This document shows, one piece after another, positions 18,326-27,262 of a stretch of DNA of 64,000 nt. Origin of the DNA: Acidimicrobiia bacterium (lineage in GTDB: Bacteria; Actinomycetota; Acidimicrobiia; Spongiisociales; JAENVV01); the NCBI GenBank assembly GCA_041577335.1, contig JBFGJH010000004.1, positions 22,549 to 86,548 on the forward strand, given 5' to 3'. A program made the translations under genes and the position numbers. Under the pieces are notes generated by a model. That model searched no databases and had not been told where the DNA came from. It saw only the letters and a list, made by a program, of their open reading frames with translations. Within the stretch, counting starts at the first letter, position 1. Every line of letters starts with the position of its first letter.

Positions 18326-19639
18326 TCACCCTCCAAACGACGACAGCACGTCGGCCAGCGTCGGGGAGCCGATCTCCACCAGTGAGTAGCGGGCCCGAGT
18401 TCGCGGGATGTCGCCGAGGTCGATGACCTGCTCGAGGTCGATGGGCGTACCGATGATCACCGCGTCCGGGGCGATGGCCTCGATGGTCGCTTCGAGCTCG
18501 TGGCGCTGCCTGTCGCTGTAGCCCATGGCAGGGAGCACCGGGCCGATGTGTGGATATTTCTCGTAGGTGGCCGCGATCGATCCGATCGCGGCAGGCCGCG
18601 GATCGATCAGCTCGGCGGCGCCATGAGCACGAGCGGCCACCACCCCGGCACCGAACGGCATCTCTCCGTGGGTGACGGTGGGGCCATCCTCGATCACCAG
18701 AACTCGCTTGCCTGCAACGAGCTCCGGTCGATCGAGCGTGACCGGCGAGGCCGCTTCGATCACCGTGGCGTTGGGGGCCAGGGCGGCGACGTTGTGGCGG
18801 ACCAGCTCCAATCCATCTGGGGGCGCGGTGTCGACCTTGTTGATGACGACCACGTGTGCTTGCCGGAGGTTGACCTCTCCCGGCCAATAGCGCAGCTCGT
18901 GTCCGGCCCGATGTGGATCGACAACGCAGATTGCCAAGTCGGCTGCAATGAAAGACAAGTCGTTGTTGCCGCCATCCCATACGATCACGTCAGCTTCGGA
19001 CTCGGCCGCTTCGAGGATGGCGGCGTAGTCGATACCGGCGTGAATCACTGCCCCCTGCTCGATGTACGGCTCGTACTCCTCACGCTCCTCGATGGTGACA
19101 TCCGCATCGAGCAGATCCTGAGGAGAAGCGAATCGCTGTTGCCGTTGCCGAGCCGGATCGCCATACGGCATCGGGTGTCGGATAGCTGCCACCCGCCGGC
19201 CGCGTTCCACCAGGAGGCGCTGCACCTTGCGACTGGTCTGGCTCTTTCCCGTTCCCGTGCGAACCGCCGTTATTGAAATCACCGGCTTGGAAGACCGAAG
19301 CAGAACATCGGAGCCATGGAGATGGAACGACGCGCCGGCCGCCACGGAACGGGCTGCCAAATGCATCACATGTTCATGGGTGACGTCCGAGTACGCGAAA
19401 ACCACTTCATCGACCCCCAGCCGGGCGATCAATCCTTCGAGCTCGTCCTCCTCGAATACCGGTATCCCGCCTTGGTAGAGGGCTCCGGCAAGTTCGGGCG
19501 GATAGACCCTGCCCGCGATATCGGGAATCTGGGTGGCGGTGAACCCGACCACCTCGACCTCAGCAGCATGGCGGTAGCGCACGTTGAAGTTGTGAAAGTC
19601 ACGACCTGCCGCACCCAGGATCAGAACTCGCTTTCGCAT
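18326..19639 (-). CDS. Cyclic 2,3-diphosphoglycerate synthetase-like P-loop protein (tentative)
   Basis: ATG at 19639 with a strong RBS GGAGGAAAT. The N-terminus MRKRVLILGAAGRDFHNFNV... and P-loop ITAVRTGTGKSQTSRKV resemble cpgS-family proteins as I remember them. 437 aa. Confidence 0.55.
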   Translation of the reverse strand: MRKRVLILGAAGRDFHNFNVRYRHAAEVEVVGFTATQIPDIAGRVYPPELAGALYQGGIPVFEEDELEGLIARLGVDEVVFAYSDVTHEHVMHLAARSVAAGASFHLHGSDVLLRSSKPVISITAVRTGTGKSQTSRKVQRLLVERGRRVAAIRHPMPYGDPARQRQQRFASPQDLLDADVTIEEREEYEPYIEQGAVIHAGIDYAAILEAAESEADVIVWDGGNNDLSFIAADLAICVVDPHRAGHELRYWPGEVNLRQAHVVVINKVDTAPPDGLELVRHNVAALAPNATVIEAASPVTLDRPELVAGKRVLVIEDGPTVTHGEMPFGAGVVAARAHGAAELIDPRPAAIGSIAATYEKYPHIGPVLPAMGYSDRQRHELEATIEAIAPDAVIIGTPIDLEQVIDLGDIPRTRARYSLVEIGSPTLADVLSSFGG

Positions 19640-19673
19640 TCGGCCATTTCCTCCGACTTCTGACTCGACCGCT

Positions 19674-20147
19674 TCAGTGGGATTCTTCTATCCGTTCGAG
19701 CCTCGCCTCGAGGTGGAACTGCAGGTCTTGCCCCACTGCGGCCATCTCGAGCACATAATGCAGGACATCGCCGCTCACATCGAGGGATCGGCGCACCGCA
19801 CTGACTTCCTTGGCCGTGAAGCTGTTGCCCACCTCCACAGCAATGAGGTCCACCCGACCCGCGTGGACACGACCCTCGTGGATCTCCGTGACCCCCGTGG
19901 GCTGAGCAATCACCATTTCAAGGCGATCGTCACCCACCGGTCGGAGGTAGCCCGTCTCGGCATGGAGGGGAAGTCCGTCGTCGCCCTTGGTTTTCTGGCT
20001 GTAGTGGAGGAACGGCTTGCCGACGTGGGAGAAGGTCACTTCTTCGCTGTATTCGAACGATTCGATCGTCGGGTAGTCGCCACGACCTCGGCCACGCCAT
20101 GTTCCCAGCAGAAATCCGAGGTGCGAGGTGTCAGGATGGAGGTTCAT
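19674..20147 (-). CDS. Nitrobindin / THAP4-like heme-binding beta-barrel (DUF1794, FABP-like) protein
   Basis: LGFLLGTWRGRGRGDYPTIESFEYSEEVTFSHVGKPFLHYSQKT is the canonical nitrobindin N-terminal signature. ATG at 20147..20145. Confidence 0.7.
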   Translation of the reverse strand: MNLHPDTSHLGFLLGTWRGRGRGDYPTIESFEYSEEVTFSHVGKPFLHYSQKTKGDDGLPLHAETGYLRPVGDDRLEMVIAQPTGVTEIHEGRVHAGRVDLIAVEVGNSFTAKEVSAVRRSLDVSGDVLHYVLEMAAVGQDLQFHLEARLERIEESH

Positions 20148-20240
20148 CTTCGGCAAGCTAGCCGACCCAAACGCTGCCGCTGTCGGAGTCGGCAGATGAT
20201 CCATACACTGAGCGAGTAACACCGAACGCCAAGGAGAACC

Positions 20241-20489
20241 ATGGAGCCACTACTGGGCCAGATCCAAGCTTTTGCGTATGCCAACGGGCGCGATCCGATT
20301 GGTTGGATGGCGTGCGAAGGGCAATTGCTCAACATCAACGACAACACGGCCCTCTTCAGCCTCGTCGGAACGATGTATGGCGGTGATGGCGTCGCCACCT
20401 TCGGAATACCCGACCTCAAAGAGGCCAGCGCCAGGGACAAGGTCATCTATCACATCGCCGTTCAAGGCAACTTCCCGCAGTTCCACTGA
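20241..20489 (+). CDS. Phage tail collar domain protein (microcystin-dependent protein MdpB-like), short 82-aa form
   Basis: Strong RBS AAGGAGAACC then ATG. GWMACEGQLLNINDNTALFSLVGTMYGGDGVATFGIPDL matches the Collar domain consensus (W..C.GQ.L.I..N.ALFSL.GT.YGGDG...F.LPDL). It lacks the usual C-terminal half. Confidence 0.7.
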   Translation: MEPLLGQIQAFAYANGRDPIGWMACEGQLLNINDNTALFSLVGTMYGGDGVATFGIPDLKEASARDKVIYHIAVQGNFPQFH

Positions 20490-20497
20490 CCCACGCC

Positions 20498-21055
20498 TCA
20501 CTCGGCGAATCGCACCGGGCCAAACCGTCCGGGCGATCGGCCGTGCTTGTCGGCATAGAAGGCCGCGATCGTCGCCAGGTCGGCTTCCTCGTAGCCAGTC
20601 AACGCGATGGTCGGCCCGACCCCGGCACGCTTGGTTCGATAGTCGATGAATCCCAGCACAACTGGCACGTGAGCGGCAAGAGCAATCCGATAGAAGCCAG
20701 AGTGCCACGCATCGGTGTAGCTGCGGGTCCCCTCCGGGGCAATGGCGATTGCCATCGTCTCCTTGCGCGCAAACACCTCAACGATCTGATCGACCAGATG
20801 CTTGGCGGCGGAGCGATCGACGGCGATCCCGCCCAGAGCGCGAAAGAACCATCCAGCCGGGCCCCGAAACAGCGAATCCTTGGCGAGAAAGCCGATCTCG
20901 AGGCCCAGAGCCCACTTCACCGCCAAGAGGATGGGAAAGTCCCAATTCGACGTATGAGGCGCCGCCACGGCTACATATTTCGGAGTGGTCGGCCGCTCGC
21001 CGACCACGGTCCAGCCGGTCAGACGAAGATACGTTGTGCCTATCCAGCGAAACAT
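20498..21055 (-). CDS. Lysophospholipid acyltransferase (1-acyl-sn-glycerol-3-phosphate acyltransferase, PlsC family)
   Basis: HTSNWD (HX4D acyltransferase motif) and IAPEGTRSY (second motif). ATG at 21055. Confidence 0.75.
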   Translation of the reverse strand: MFRWIGTTYLRLTGWTVVGERPTTPKYVAVAAPHTSNWDFPILLAVKWALGLEIGFLAKDSLFRGPAGWFFRALGGIAVDRSAAKHLVDQIVEVFARKETMAIAIAPEGTRSYTDAWHSGFYRIALAAHVPVVLGFIDYRTKRAGVGPTIALTGYEEADLATIAAFYADKHGRSPGRFGPVRFAE

Positions 21056-21119
21056 GCGCGCTCGATTGTATGGCGCGTGCCGGCCGGCGCGCGGCGAACA
21101 GCCGCGGTGATGTGATTGC

Positions 21120-21992
21120 CTACAGGCTCGCCAGTCGAGGCACCACGGAGGCGGCTCGCTCAGCGAAGCCGACCGGATCGTCACCGGACGGCATCACCAT
21201 CACCCCCTCGACCCCGACCTTGGCGAAATCCGCCATCTCCTGGACGAACGCATCGGTGTCCCCCCGCGCCAGCGTTTGCCCGACATACAGGAGCGTCTTG
21301 TGGATGGCGTCGTAGTCGGTGCCAAGCCGATCGCAGTGTTGGCGCAGCACACCAAGCTTGTGAGCAACCGCCTCAGGGCTGGGTTCGATCAGATTCGAGG
21401 CGTTGGCGTATTGCGCCACGAGCCGAAGCGTCTTCTTCTCACCTCCGCCTCCGATCATGATCGGCGGATGGGGCTGAGTGACCGCCGGTGGCTGATTGAG
21501 CGTCTCGGCAAGTTGATAGTGCACGCCCTCGAATGAGCCGGTGTTGCCAGACCACATCTGCAGGCAGATCTGGAGCGTTTCCTCGAGTCGCTCGAATCGC
21601 TCAGCGGTCGAGGGAAACGGAACTCCCAAGCCGAGGTGTTCGCGCTCATACCAGCCCGCACCGATACCCAGAATGGCCCGACCACCCGAAAGGACATCGA
21701 GGGTCGTTATCGTCTTGGCCAGTAGACCCGGATAACGGTAGGTCACGCCACCGACCAACAAACCCACCTGAATCTGCGAAGTCACCCCGGCAACGTAGCC
21801 AAGCGTCGTGTAGCCCTCCAGCATCGGCTCCTCCGCAGGAATGTACTGGTCCAACTGGAAGAAATGGTCCATCACGTGCAGGGAGCGCATCCCGCCTTGG
21901 TCGGCCACCCGCGCTACTTCGGCGAGCGTCCCGGCGGTGTCCTGCGGCGTGTTCGGCCAACTGAAATTGGCTACGTGGAGTCCAATATCCAT
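21120..21992 (-). CDS. LLM class F420-dependent oxidoreductase
   Basis: MDIGLHVANFSWPN...SLHVMDHFFQ...TSQIQVGLLVGGVTYRYPGLLAKTITTLDVLSGGRAILGIGAGWYE. ATG at 21992. Confidence 0.85.
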   Translation of the reverse strand: MDIGLHVANFSWPNTPQDTAGTLAEVARVADQGGMRSLHVMDHFFQLDQYIPAEEPMLEGYTTLGYVAGVTSQIQVGLLVGGVTYRYPGLLAKTITTLDVLSGGRAILGIGAGWYEREHLGLGVPFPSTAERFERLEETLQICLQMWSGNTGSFEGVHYQLAETLNQPPAVTQPHPPIMIGGGGEKKTLRLVAQYANASNLIEPSPEAVAHKLGVLRQHCDRLGTDYDAIHKTLLYVGQTLARGDTDAFVQEMADFAKVGVEGVMVMPSGDDPVGFAERAASVVPRLASL

Positions 21993-22041
21993 ACGGGTGC
22001 TCCTGGTGCGGCGGCAGACAAGGGTACCCAGCGTTGCCGAA

Positions 22042-22512
22042 TCAGCGAAGTCCGATCTTGCGGCCGACCTGACGGGGCCGCTTGATGAAGGAATGGGCGG
22101 ACACGACTTCGCTGATCCGCTCACTCACGTCAGAGGGAAAGGGAGCGCTGCGTCGATGCTCGAGGTCCACGTTGATGGATACCAGTTCGTTGGTGGCAAC
22201 GAGCTTGTCGTCGCCCTTGTACATCTGATGGAAATAGTGCATCCGGCGTCCATCAAAGTCCAGCATCATGGTGTCGATGGTGCCGGTATCGCCCTCGAAC
22301 ATCTCCGCCAAATAATCGGTGCGCGAGGCGATGGAGAACACCGACATGTTGCGCTCGGCGATGTAATCCTGTCCCAGCCCCAGCCAGTCGTACATTGGAT
22401 CGGTCGCCTCGAAGTCGAACGCAACGCCGTAGAACCCCATGTTCATGTGGCCGTTGTAGTCCACCCAGTCGGCGGGGACGGTGAACGTCTGCTGTGGGAT
22501 GGGCGCAGGCAT
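22042..22512 (-). CDS. Acyl-CoA thioesterase (hotdog-fold, YbgC/4HBT-like)
   Basis: VPADWVDYNGHMNMGFYGVAFDFEATDPMYDWLGLG is a hotdog thioesterase N-terminal signature. 156 aa. Confidence 0.7.
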   Translation of the reverse strand: MPAPIPQQTFTVPADWVDYNGHMNMGFYGVAFDFEATDPMYDWLGLGQDYIAERNMSVFSIASRTDYLAEMFEGDTGTIDTMMLDFDGRRMHYFHQMYKGDDKLVATNELVSINVDLEHRRSAPFPSDVSERISEVVSAHSFIKRPRQVGRKIGLR

Positions 22513-22604
22513 GCTCGCACCAAGGTAGCGCCGGCCTGCCTCCTGCGCTCAAACGACCGACGTTCCTACAGTGGGTTGGCCGTGGGGACCCAGGAGGAGA
22601 CACC

Positions 22605-23264
22605 ATGACCGACTCGAGACTCAGCCAGACACTCCCAATCGCCGTGGTCATGTTGGCGGCAGCCCTGATCGGGCTCCTCGCCCTTGTAGTCACGCTGAAT
22701 GGGCGGCTGACCGACGTCGAGGCAGAGGCCAACCAGACCCGGGAAGACCTCGAGCGGATCGAGCAGGGGGCAGCGACGGCAGCCCTGCAGGTCACGTTGT
22801 TCACGCAGGCGCTCGCCGAAGAAGGGCCCGCAATCAACGCCGGTCTCGACGAGGCGGTGGCGGGCCTCGACTCGTTCGCAACGTCGACGATCACGGTCGA
22901 CATCGATGTTGACGAGGTGGTACCCATCGAAACCTCCATTGATCTCAATCGCCAGATAGTGGTCCCTATTCGGACCACTATCCCGATCGACGAGACCATC
23001 GAGACGACCATCATCGTGTCGGGGCCTCTCAACACAGAGATCCCTGTCGACGTCACTGTGCCAGTCATGCTCGATTTCCCACTCGAGCTCGATGTGCCCA
23101 TAGTCGTGGATGAGACCATTCCCATCCGAACGCAGGTGCCGATCGCCGTCACCGTTCCGGTTCAGATCCAGGTAGCCGACACCGAGCTGGCCACGATGGC
23201 CACATCTTTGCGCGACGGCCTGGCAGCACTCCAGGACGTGCTCTCAGCTCTGGGCGGCGGCTGA
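22605..23264 (+). CDS. Hypothetical membrane-anchored protein with coiled-coil and VP(I/V)xT-type repeats
   Basis: ATG at 22605 after AGGAGGAGA. TM helix LPIAVVMLAAALIGLLALVVTL. Repetitive VPIETSIDL / VPIRTTIPIDETIETTIIV / VPVDVTVPV / VPIVVDETIPIRTQVPIAVTVPVQIQV. Confidence 0.55.
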   Translation: MTDSRLSQTLPIAVVMLAAALIGLLALVVTLNGRLTDVEAEANQTREDLERIEQGAATAALQVTLFTQALAEEGPAINAGLDEAVAGLDSFATSTITVDIDVDEVVPIETSIDLNRQIVVPIRTTIPIDETIETTIIVSGPLNTEIPVDVTVPVMLDFPLELDVPIVVDETIPIRTQVPIAVTVPVQIQVADTELATMATSLRDGLAALQDVLSALGGG

Positions 23265-23657
23265 CAGGCGGGTCACCCCGTGATCGGGCATTCCGGTGCT
23301 TCCTCCCCCAGCGAGCCAATGCGATCTACCTGCAAGGAGGTCGGCGCCGCCGATACCTGCCGGTGTACCCCTCCCGACGTGCGAACACTTCACGTTGTCC
23401 CCGAATAGGCCTTGCGACCCATTTCGCCCGTCCGGTGGGGCGGATACAGTGCTTGCAGCCGGGAAACCGGTCAAAGGGAAGGGCGGGAGACGTGGTCTGT
23501 TACGACTCGCGGGCATATGGGCCCGATCGAGGCTTCTATACGTTTCGTTGGTTCGCGCCGTTTGAACCATCTTCCGCCGAGGCAGCCATGTCCGTTAAGC
23601 AGAGTTTCAGACTCGTCGCCGACTATGGACATGGTCATCACGAGGGGCTGGGACGCT

Positions 23658-23807
23658 AATGGATCATGAAACGTATCGATTGTTCAGGAAGACGCTCATT
23701 TGGTTGGCGGCGCTCCTCCTCTTCGCACTGATCATCGCCCAGGCATTCCCGGCCGCAGGACAGCAGGAGCTGACCGGCAGCCTCACCACCATCGCCACCA
23801 GCCAGTA
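23658..23807 (+). CDS. Candidate small membrane peptide (49 aa: MDHETYRLFRKTLIWLAALLLFALIIAQAFPAAGQQELTGSLTTIATSQ)
   Basis: Short ORF in an unusually long, AT-richer intergenic region. GAGGGG lies 12 nt upstream. One hydrophobic helix. Purely ab initio. Confidence 0.2.
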
Positions 23808-23991
23808 GACCGCCACCTCGCTCGAGCCAGAAGCCGCACTCGACGCCTCGAGCTTCGCCAAACTGCGCCACCACCCAGAGCGTCACGCAGTGTCTGTCGC
23901 GTGTACGCTCGGTGACGGCCACCGTCGGGCGGGGATAACCGGGTACTGGCGGCGGGTTGGAGGATTGCCGACAATTGGAAGGGGTACCGGC

Positions 23992-25515
23992 ATGTCCCGA
24001 CGTAGGTTCTTGGCGCTTGTCTTCACGGGCGCTCTCTTGATAGCTTCGGTGCCGGGCACGGCAAGCGCAGCCGGGGGCTATCTCACCCCGCAAGCACCAT
24101 TCATAACTCTGGATCCCAGCGTTCCAGCCGGCTCCAACGTGCGAGCCATCATCAACAGCGGCGACACCCTCGGGGACTTCACGTTCCAAGGCATCCCAGA
24201 CGGAATTGGGATCGCGCCAGGCGCACCCGGCACCGCCGAGGTGTACGTGGCGCACGAAGAGACGACGGTGCCGTTCTTTGGATCAGCCGATTTCCAAGCC
24301 GCCTCCGTGTCGAGGCTGACGTTGTCGACGGCGCGAGGGATGCAGGGGGCGGTTTTGTCCGCCGACGTTGCCATATCACCCGACCTCGGATATCTCCGCT
24401 TCTGCTCGGCCTCGATGGCCGGGCCATACGAGGGTTTCGACGACTACGTCTTTTTGACGGGTGAAGAGACCAACGACATCGTCGCAGTTCCAGCCGGTGC
24501 TCCCTATGGTCCCGATCCGTCATTGCGGCCCGACCGCCAAGGCGGCTATGCGGTAGCTCTGAACACGAGCACGGGTGATTCCGCGCCCATCCAGGGAATG
24601 GGCCGACTCAACCACGAGACGGCGCTGGCATTGCCCGGGTATGACGAGATCGCAATGCTGACAACGGACGACACCTTCAGCGGGCCGTCTTCTCAGCTCT
24701 ACATGTATCTAGCCGATGACCAGGACGCGGTGTTCGCCGATACGGGCAGCCTGTGGGCTTTCCAGGTGACGGCCACCGATGCCGGCCGAGTTGACGCGTA
24801 CGACGCCTTCAACGGCGCCAACGACTACCTCGACATACGCCCCGGCGATACGTGGCAAGGTCGGTTCATCAAAGTGCCGAACGACATAGCCGACGGCACG
24901 ACCGGTGTTGCGCCTCAACAGGCGCTCGAGGACTGGTCCAATCAGAACAACGTGTTCCAGTTCATCCGCCTGGAAGACGCTGCCTACGACGTCAACAACC
25001 CGCACATCGTGTGGATTGCCGACACTGGCCGCAGCCGCGTTGTTCCAGATCCCGCTACCGGCCGCCTCGTCAGAGGACCATCGGGAACGGTCGGCTTCGC
25101 CGACAACGGAGCCATCTTCCAGTTCGTGTTCGACGCCAACGACCCGAAAAAGGTCGTGTCCTTCTCAATGGTTGCCCAGGGCGATGACGACTCGATCGGC
25201 GCCTATGTACCGTTTGTGTCGCCCGACAACATGGGCTCGAGCAGGCGTAGCCTGATGGTCCAAGAGGACGCCGATAACGCCAAGATCTGGCGACTTGACC
25301 TCCGCTCCGGCAACTGGAGCGTTGTGGCGACGGTGAATGACCCGGACGGCGAGTCGAGCGGCATCGTGGACGCCTCTGCTTGGTTCGGCCCCGGCTCCTG
25401 GCTGTTGGACGTACAAGGACACGGAGCGAACGTCGCTGAAGAAATCCTGCCTGACGGGACACTCCTGAAGCTGGAGTCTGGCCAGCTGCTGCTCATGAAG
25501 ATCCGAGGAAGCTGA
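23992..25515 (+). CDS. Tat-exported PhoX-like (DUF839) beta-propeller protein, putative secreted phosphatase/esterase
   Basis: GGAAGGGG RBS, ATG at 23992. Twin-arginine signal MSRRRFLALVFTGALLIASVPGTASA. Segments NNVFQFIRLEDAAYDVNNPHIVWIADTG and GAIFQFVFD resemble the PhoX RPED motif and propeller blades. Confidence 0.6.
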   Translation: MSRRRFLALVFTGALLIASVPGTASAAGGYLTPQAPFITLDPSVPAGSNVRAIINSGDTLGDFTFQGIPDGIGIAPGAPGTAEVYVAHEETTVPFFGSADFQAASVSRLTLSTARGMQGAVLSADVAISPDLGYLRFCSASMAGPYEGFDDYVFLTGEETNDIVAVPAGAPYGPDPSLRPDRQGGYAVALNTSTGDSAPIQGMGRLNHETALALPGYDEIAMLTTDDTFSGPSSQLYMYLADDQDAVFADTGSLWAFQVTATDAGRVDAYDAFNGANDYLDIRPGDTWQGRFIKVPNDIADGTTGVAPQQALEDWSNQNNVFQFIRLEDAAYDVNNPHIVWIADTGRSRVVPDPATGRLVRGPSGTVGFADNGAIFQFVFDANDPKKVVSFSMVAQGDDDSIGAYVPFVSPDNMGSSRRSLMVQEDADNAKIWRLDLRSGNWSVVATVNDPDGESSGIVDASAWFGPGSWLLDVQGHGANVAEEILPDGTLLKLESGQLLLMKIRGS

Positions 25516-25640
25516 GCCCAAAAAGTGGTGGCGCACCGCGATATATCCAGCTGTTGCGGGGTTGGGCCGGCCTGCAAAGGGGACGAACCCGGCCCCATCT
25601 TGAACGATCTCTCTCTGAGAAAGGGGTAGCGTTGCGCTCC

Positions 25641-27161
25641 ATGCGTGGGCTTCTATCGGTTCTTGCTGCGTCGGTGGCGCTGTCTTTCGTAGTTGCTCCG
25701 CCCGTCGCAGCCAACGGCACTTTCACCGACGATGACGGGAGTGTCCACGAGTCGGCCATCGAAGCGATCGCGGCCGAGGGCATCACCACCGGGTGCAATC
25801 CACCCGACTTCGACCATTTCTGCCCTGCCGATCCGGTCACCCGCGGGCAAATGGCCGCCTTCCTGGCACGAGCCTTCGACCTGCCAGACGCCCCCGCCAA
25901 AAACACCTTCACTGACGACGACAACTCCGTGTTCGAAGCCGACATCGAAAAACTCGCTGCCGCCGAAATCACCGCCGGATGCAACCCACCCGATCTCGAC
26001 CAGTACTGCCCCGGCGATCCGGTCACCCGCGGGCAAATGGCCGCCTTCCTGGCACGAGCCTTCGACCTGCCAGACGCCCCCGCCAAAAACACCTTCACCG
26101 ACGACGACAACTCCGTGTTCGAAGCCGACATCGAAAAACTCGCTGCCGCCGAAATCACCGCCGGATGCAACCCACCCGATCTCGACCATTTCTGTCCGTC
26201 CGACTCGATAACTCGGGGCCAAATGGCGACGTTCCTGGCGCGGGGGCTGGGTCTGGCGCTCACCCCGGTCCCTCCTGCTGCGGCCTGCGAGATATTCCCG
26301 TCGGACAACATCTGGAACACCAGAGTGGACACCCTTCCGCTCGACCCGCGATCCAACGTATACATCGCGTCGATGGGCAACGGTCAGCTTCATCCGGATT
26401 TTGGATCTGGATTCTGGCCGCCGCTGTCGGACTCCCCGATCGGCATCCCCTTCGTCGAAGTAGGTGCCGGCCAGGAGCTGGTGGACATCGATTTCACGGC
26501 CTACGGCAGCGAGAGCGACCCGGGTCCCTATCCCGTGCCGACCGACGCCCCCGTCGAAGGTGGACCGGATGGGACCGGTGATCGACATGTGATCGTGCTG
26601 GACACCGACGACTGTGTCCTCTATGAGATGTTCAATGCGTTCCCGCAGACGGGGGGATCATGGTCAGCCGACTCCGGGGCGGTATTCGACCTGTCGTCAC
26701 ACGACCTCCGGCCCGAGGGTTGGACGTCGGCTGATGCGTCCGGCCTACCGATCTTCCCCGGGCTCGTTCGTTACGACGAGGTCGCCAACGGAGCCATCGA
26801 GCACGCTATCCGGTTCACGGCCAACCAAACTCAGGAGGCGTATGTATGGCCGGCCCGCCATTTCGCATCGTCCAACACCGACCCGGACATTCCCCCGATG
26901 GGGCAGCGATTCCGGATGAAGGCCGACTTCGACATCTCCGGCTTCCACCCCGATGTGCAGGTCATACTCACGGCCTTCAAGGAATACGGCCTCATCCTTG
27001 CCGACAACGGATCGTCGTGGTTTGTCACAGGAGCACCCGACGACCGGTGGAACAACGCTGTGCTCGATGAACTCAAGACCGTGCCCGGGAGCGCGTTCGA
27101 AGCCGTGGATGTGAGTGGCCTCATGATCGATCCGGACAGCGGCCAAGCCATCCAGCCCTAG
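25641..27161 (+). CDS. Secreted cell-surface protein with three N-terminal SLH-like repeats and a C-terminal domain of unknown function
   Basis: Signal peptide MRGLLSVLAASVALSFVVAPPVAANG. Three copies of FTDDD.SV(H/F)E..IE..AA.(G/E)IT.GCNPPD.D.(F/Y)CP.DPVTRGQMAAFLARAFDLPDA. The pattern matches the SLH consensus (F.D...H...I..L...GI..G....F.P...VTR...A..L.RA) with Cys replacing Tyr/Arg. Confidence 0.7.
   Translation: MRGLLSVLAASVALSFVVAPPVAANGTFTDDDGSVHESAIEAIAAEGITTGCNPPDFDHFCPADPVTRGQMAAFLARAFDLPDAPAKNTFTDDDNSVFEADIEKLAAAEITAGCNPPDLDQYCPGDPVTRGQMAAFLARAFDLPDAPAKNTFTDDDNSVFEADIEKLAAAEITAGCNPPDLDHFCPSDSITRGQMATFLARGLGLALTPVPPAAACEIFPSDNIWNTRVDTLPLDPRSNVYIASMGNGQLHPDFGSGFWPPLSDSPIGIPFVEVGAGQELVDIDFTAYGSESDPGPYPVPTDAPVEGGPDGTGDRHVIVLDTDDCVLYEMFNAFPQTGGSWSADSGAVFDLSSHDLRPEGWTSADASGLPIFPGLVRYDEVANGAIEHAIRFTANQTQEAYVWPARHFASSNTDPDIPPMGQRFRMKADFDISGFHPDVQVILTAFKEYGLILADNGSSWFVTGAPDDRWNNAVLDELKTVPGSAFEAVDVSGLMIDPDSGQAIQP
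25830..26188 (+). repeat. Near-perfect tandem duplication (two 186-bp units; copies 25830..26002 and 26016..26188 identical except one T/C) inside the SLH-like gene
   Basis: Direct comparison of the sequence lines. The period of 186 bp equals 62 codons, so the duplication is in-frame. Confidence 0.85.
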
Positions 27162-27262
27162 CCCAGGGCCAAACGATCGTCACAGTTGGGACCTTCGCTC
27201 CCGGTGCCAGACCTTCTGATTCGATAACCTGCAGTGAACCGATCAAGGAAGGAAGCCTCACC

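Noticed and set aside
18255-18980. 241-aa minus-strand ORF overlapping the cDPGS-like gene in another frame
   Set aside because: Arg/Pro/Gly-rich shadow ORF. The other frame has the P-loop and a strong RBS.
25830-26188. Tandem near-identical repeats considered as a possible CRISPR array
   Set aside because: There are only two long (186-bp) units with no unique spacers, they lie in-frame within a coding sequence, and no cas genes are nearby.
25653-26588. 311-aa minus-strand ORF and other overlapping ORFs across 25.6-26.6 kb
   Set aside because: Generated by the tandem repeat on the antisense strand of the SLH-like gene. No start or RBS support. The repeated peptide reflects the DNA duplication.
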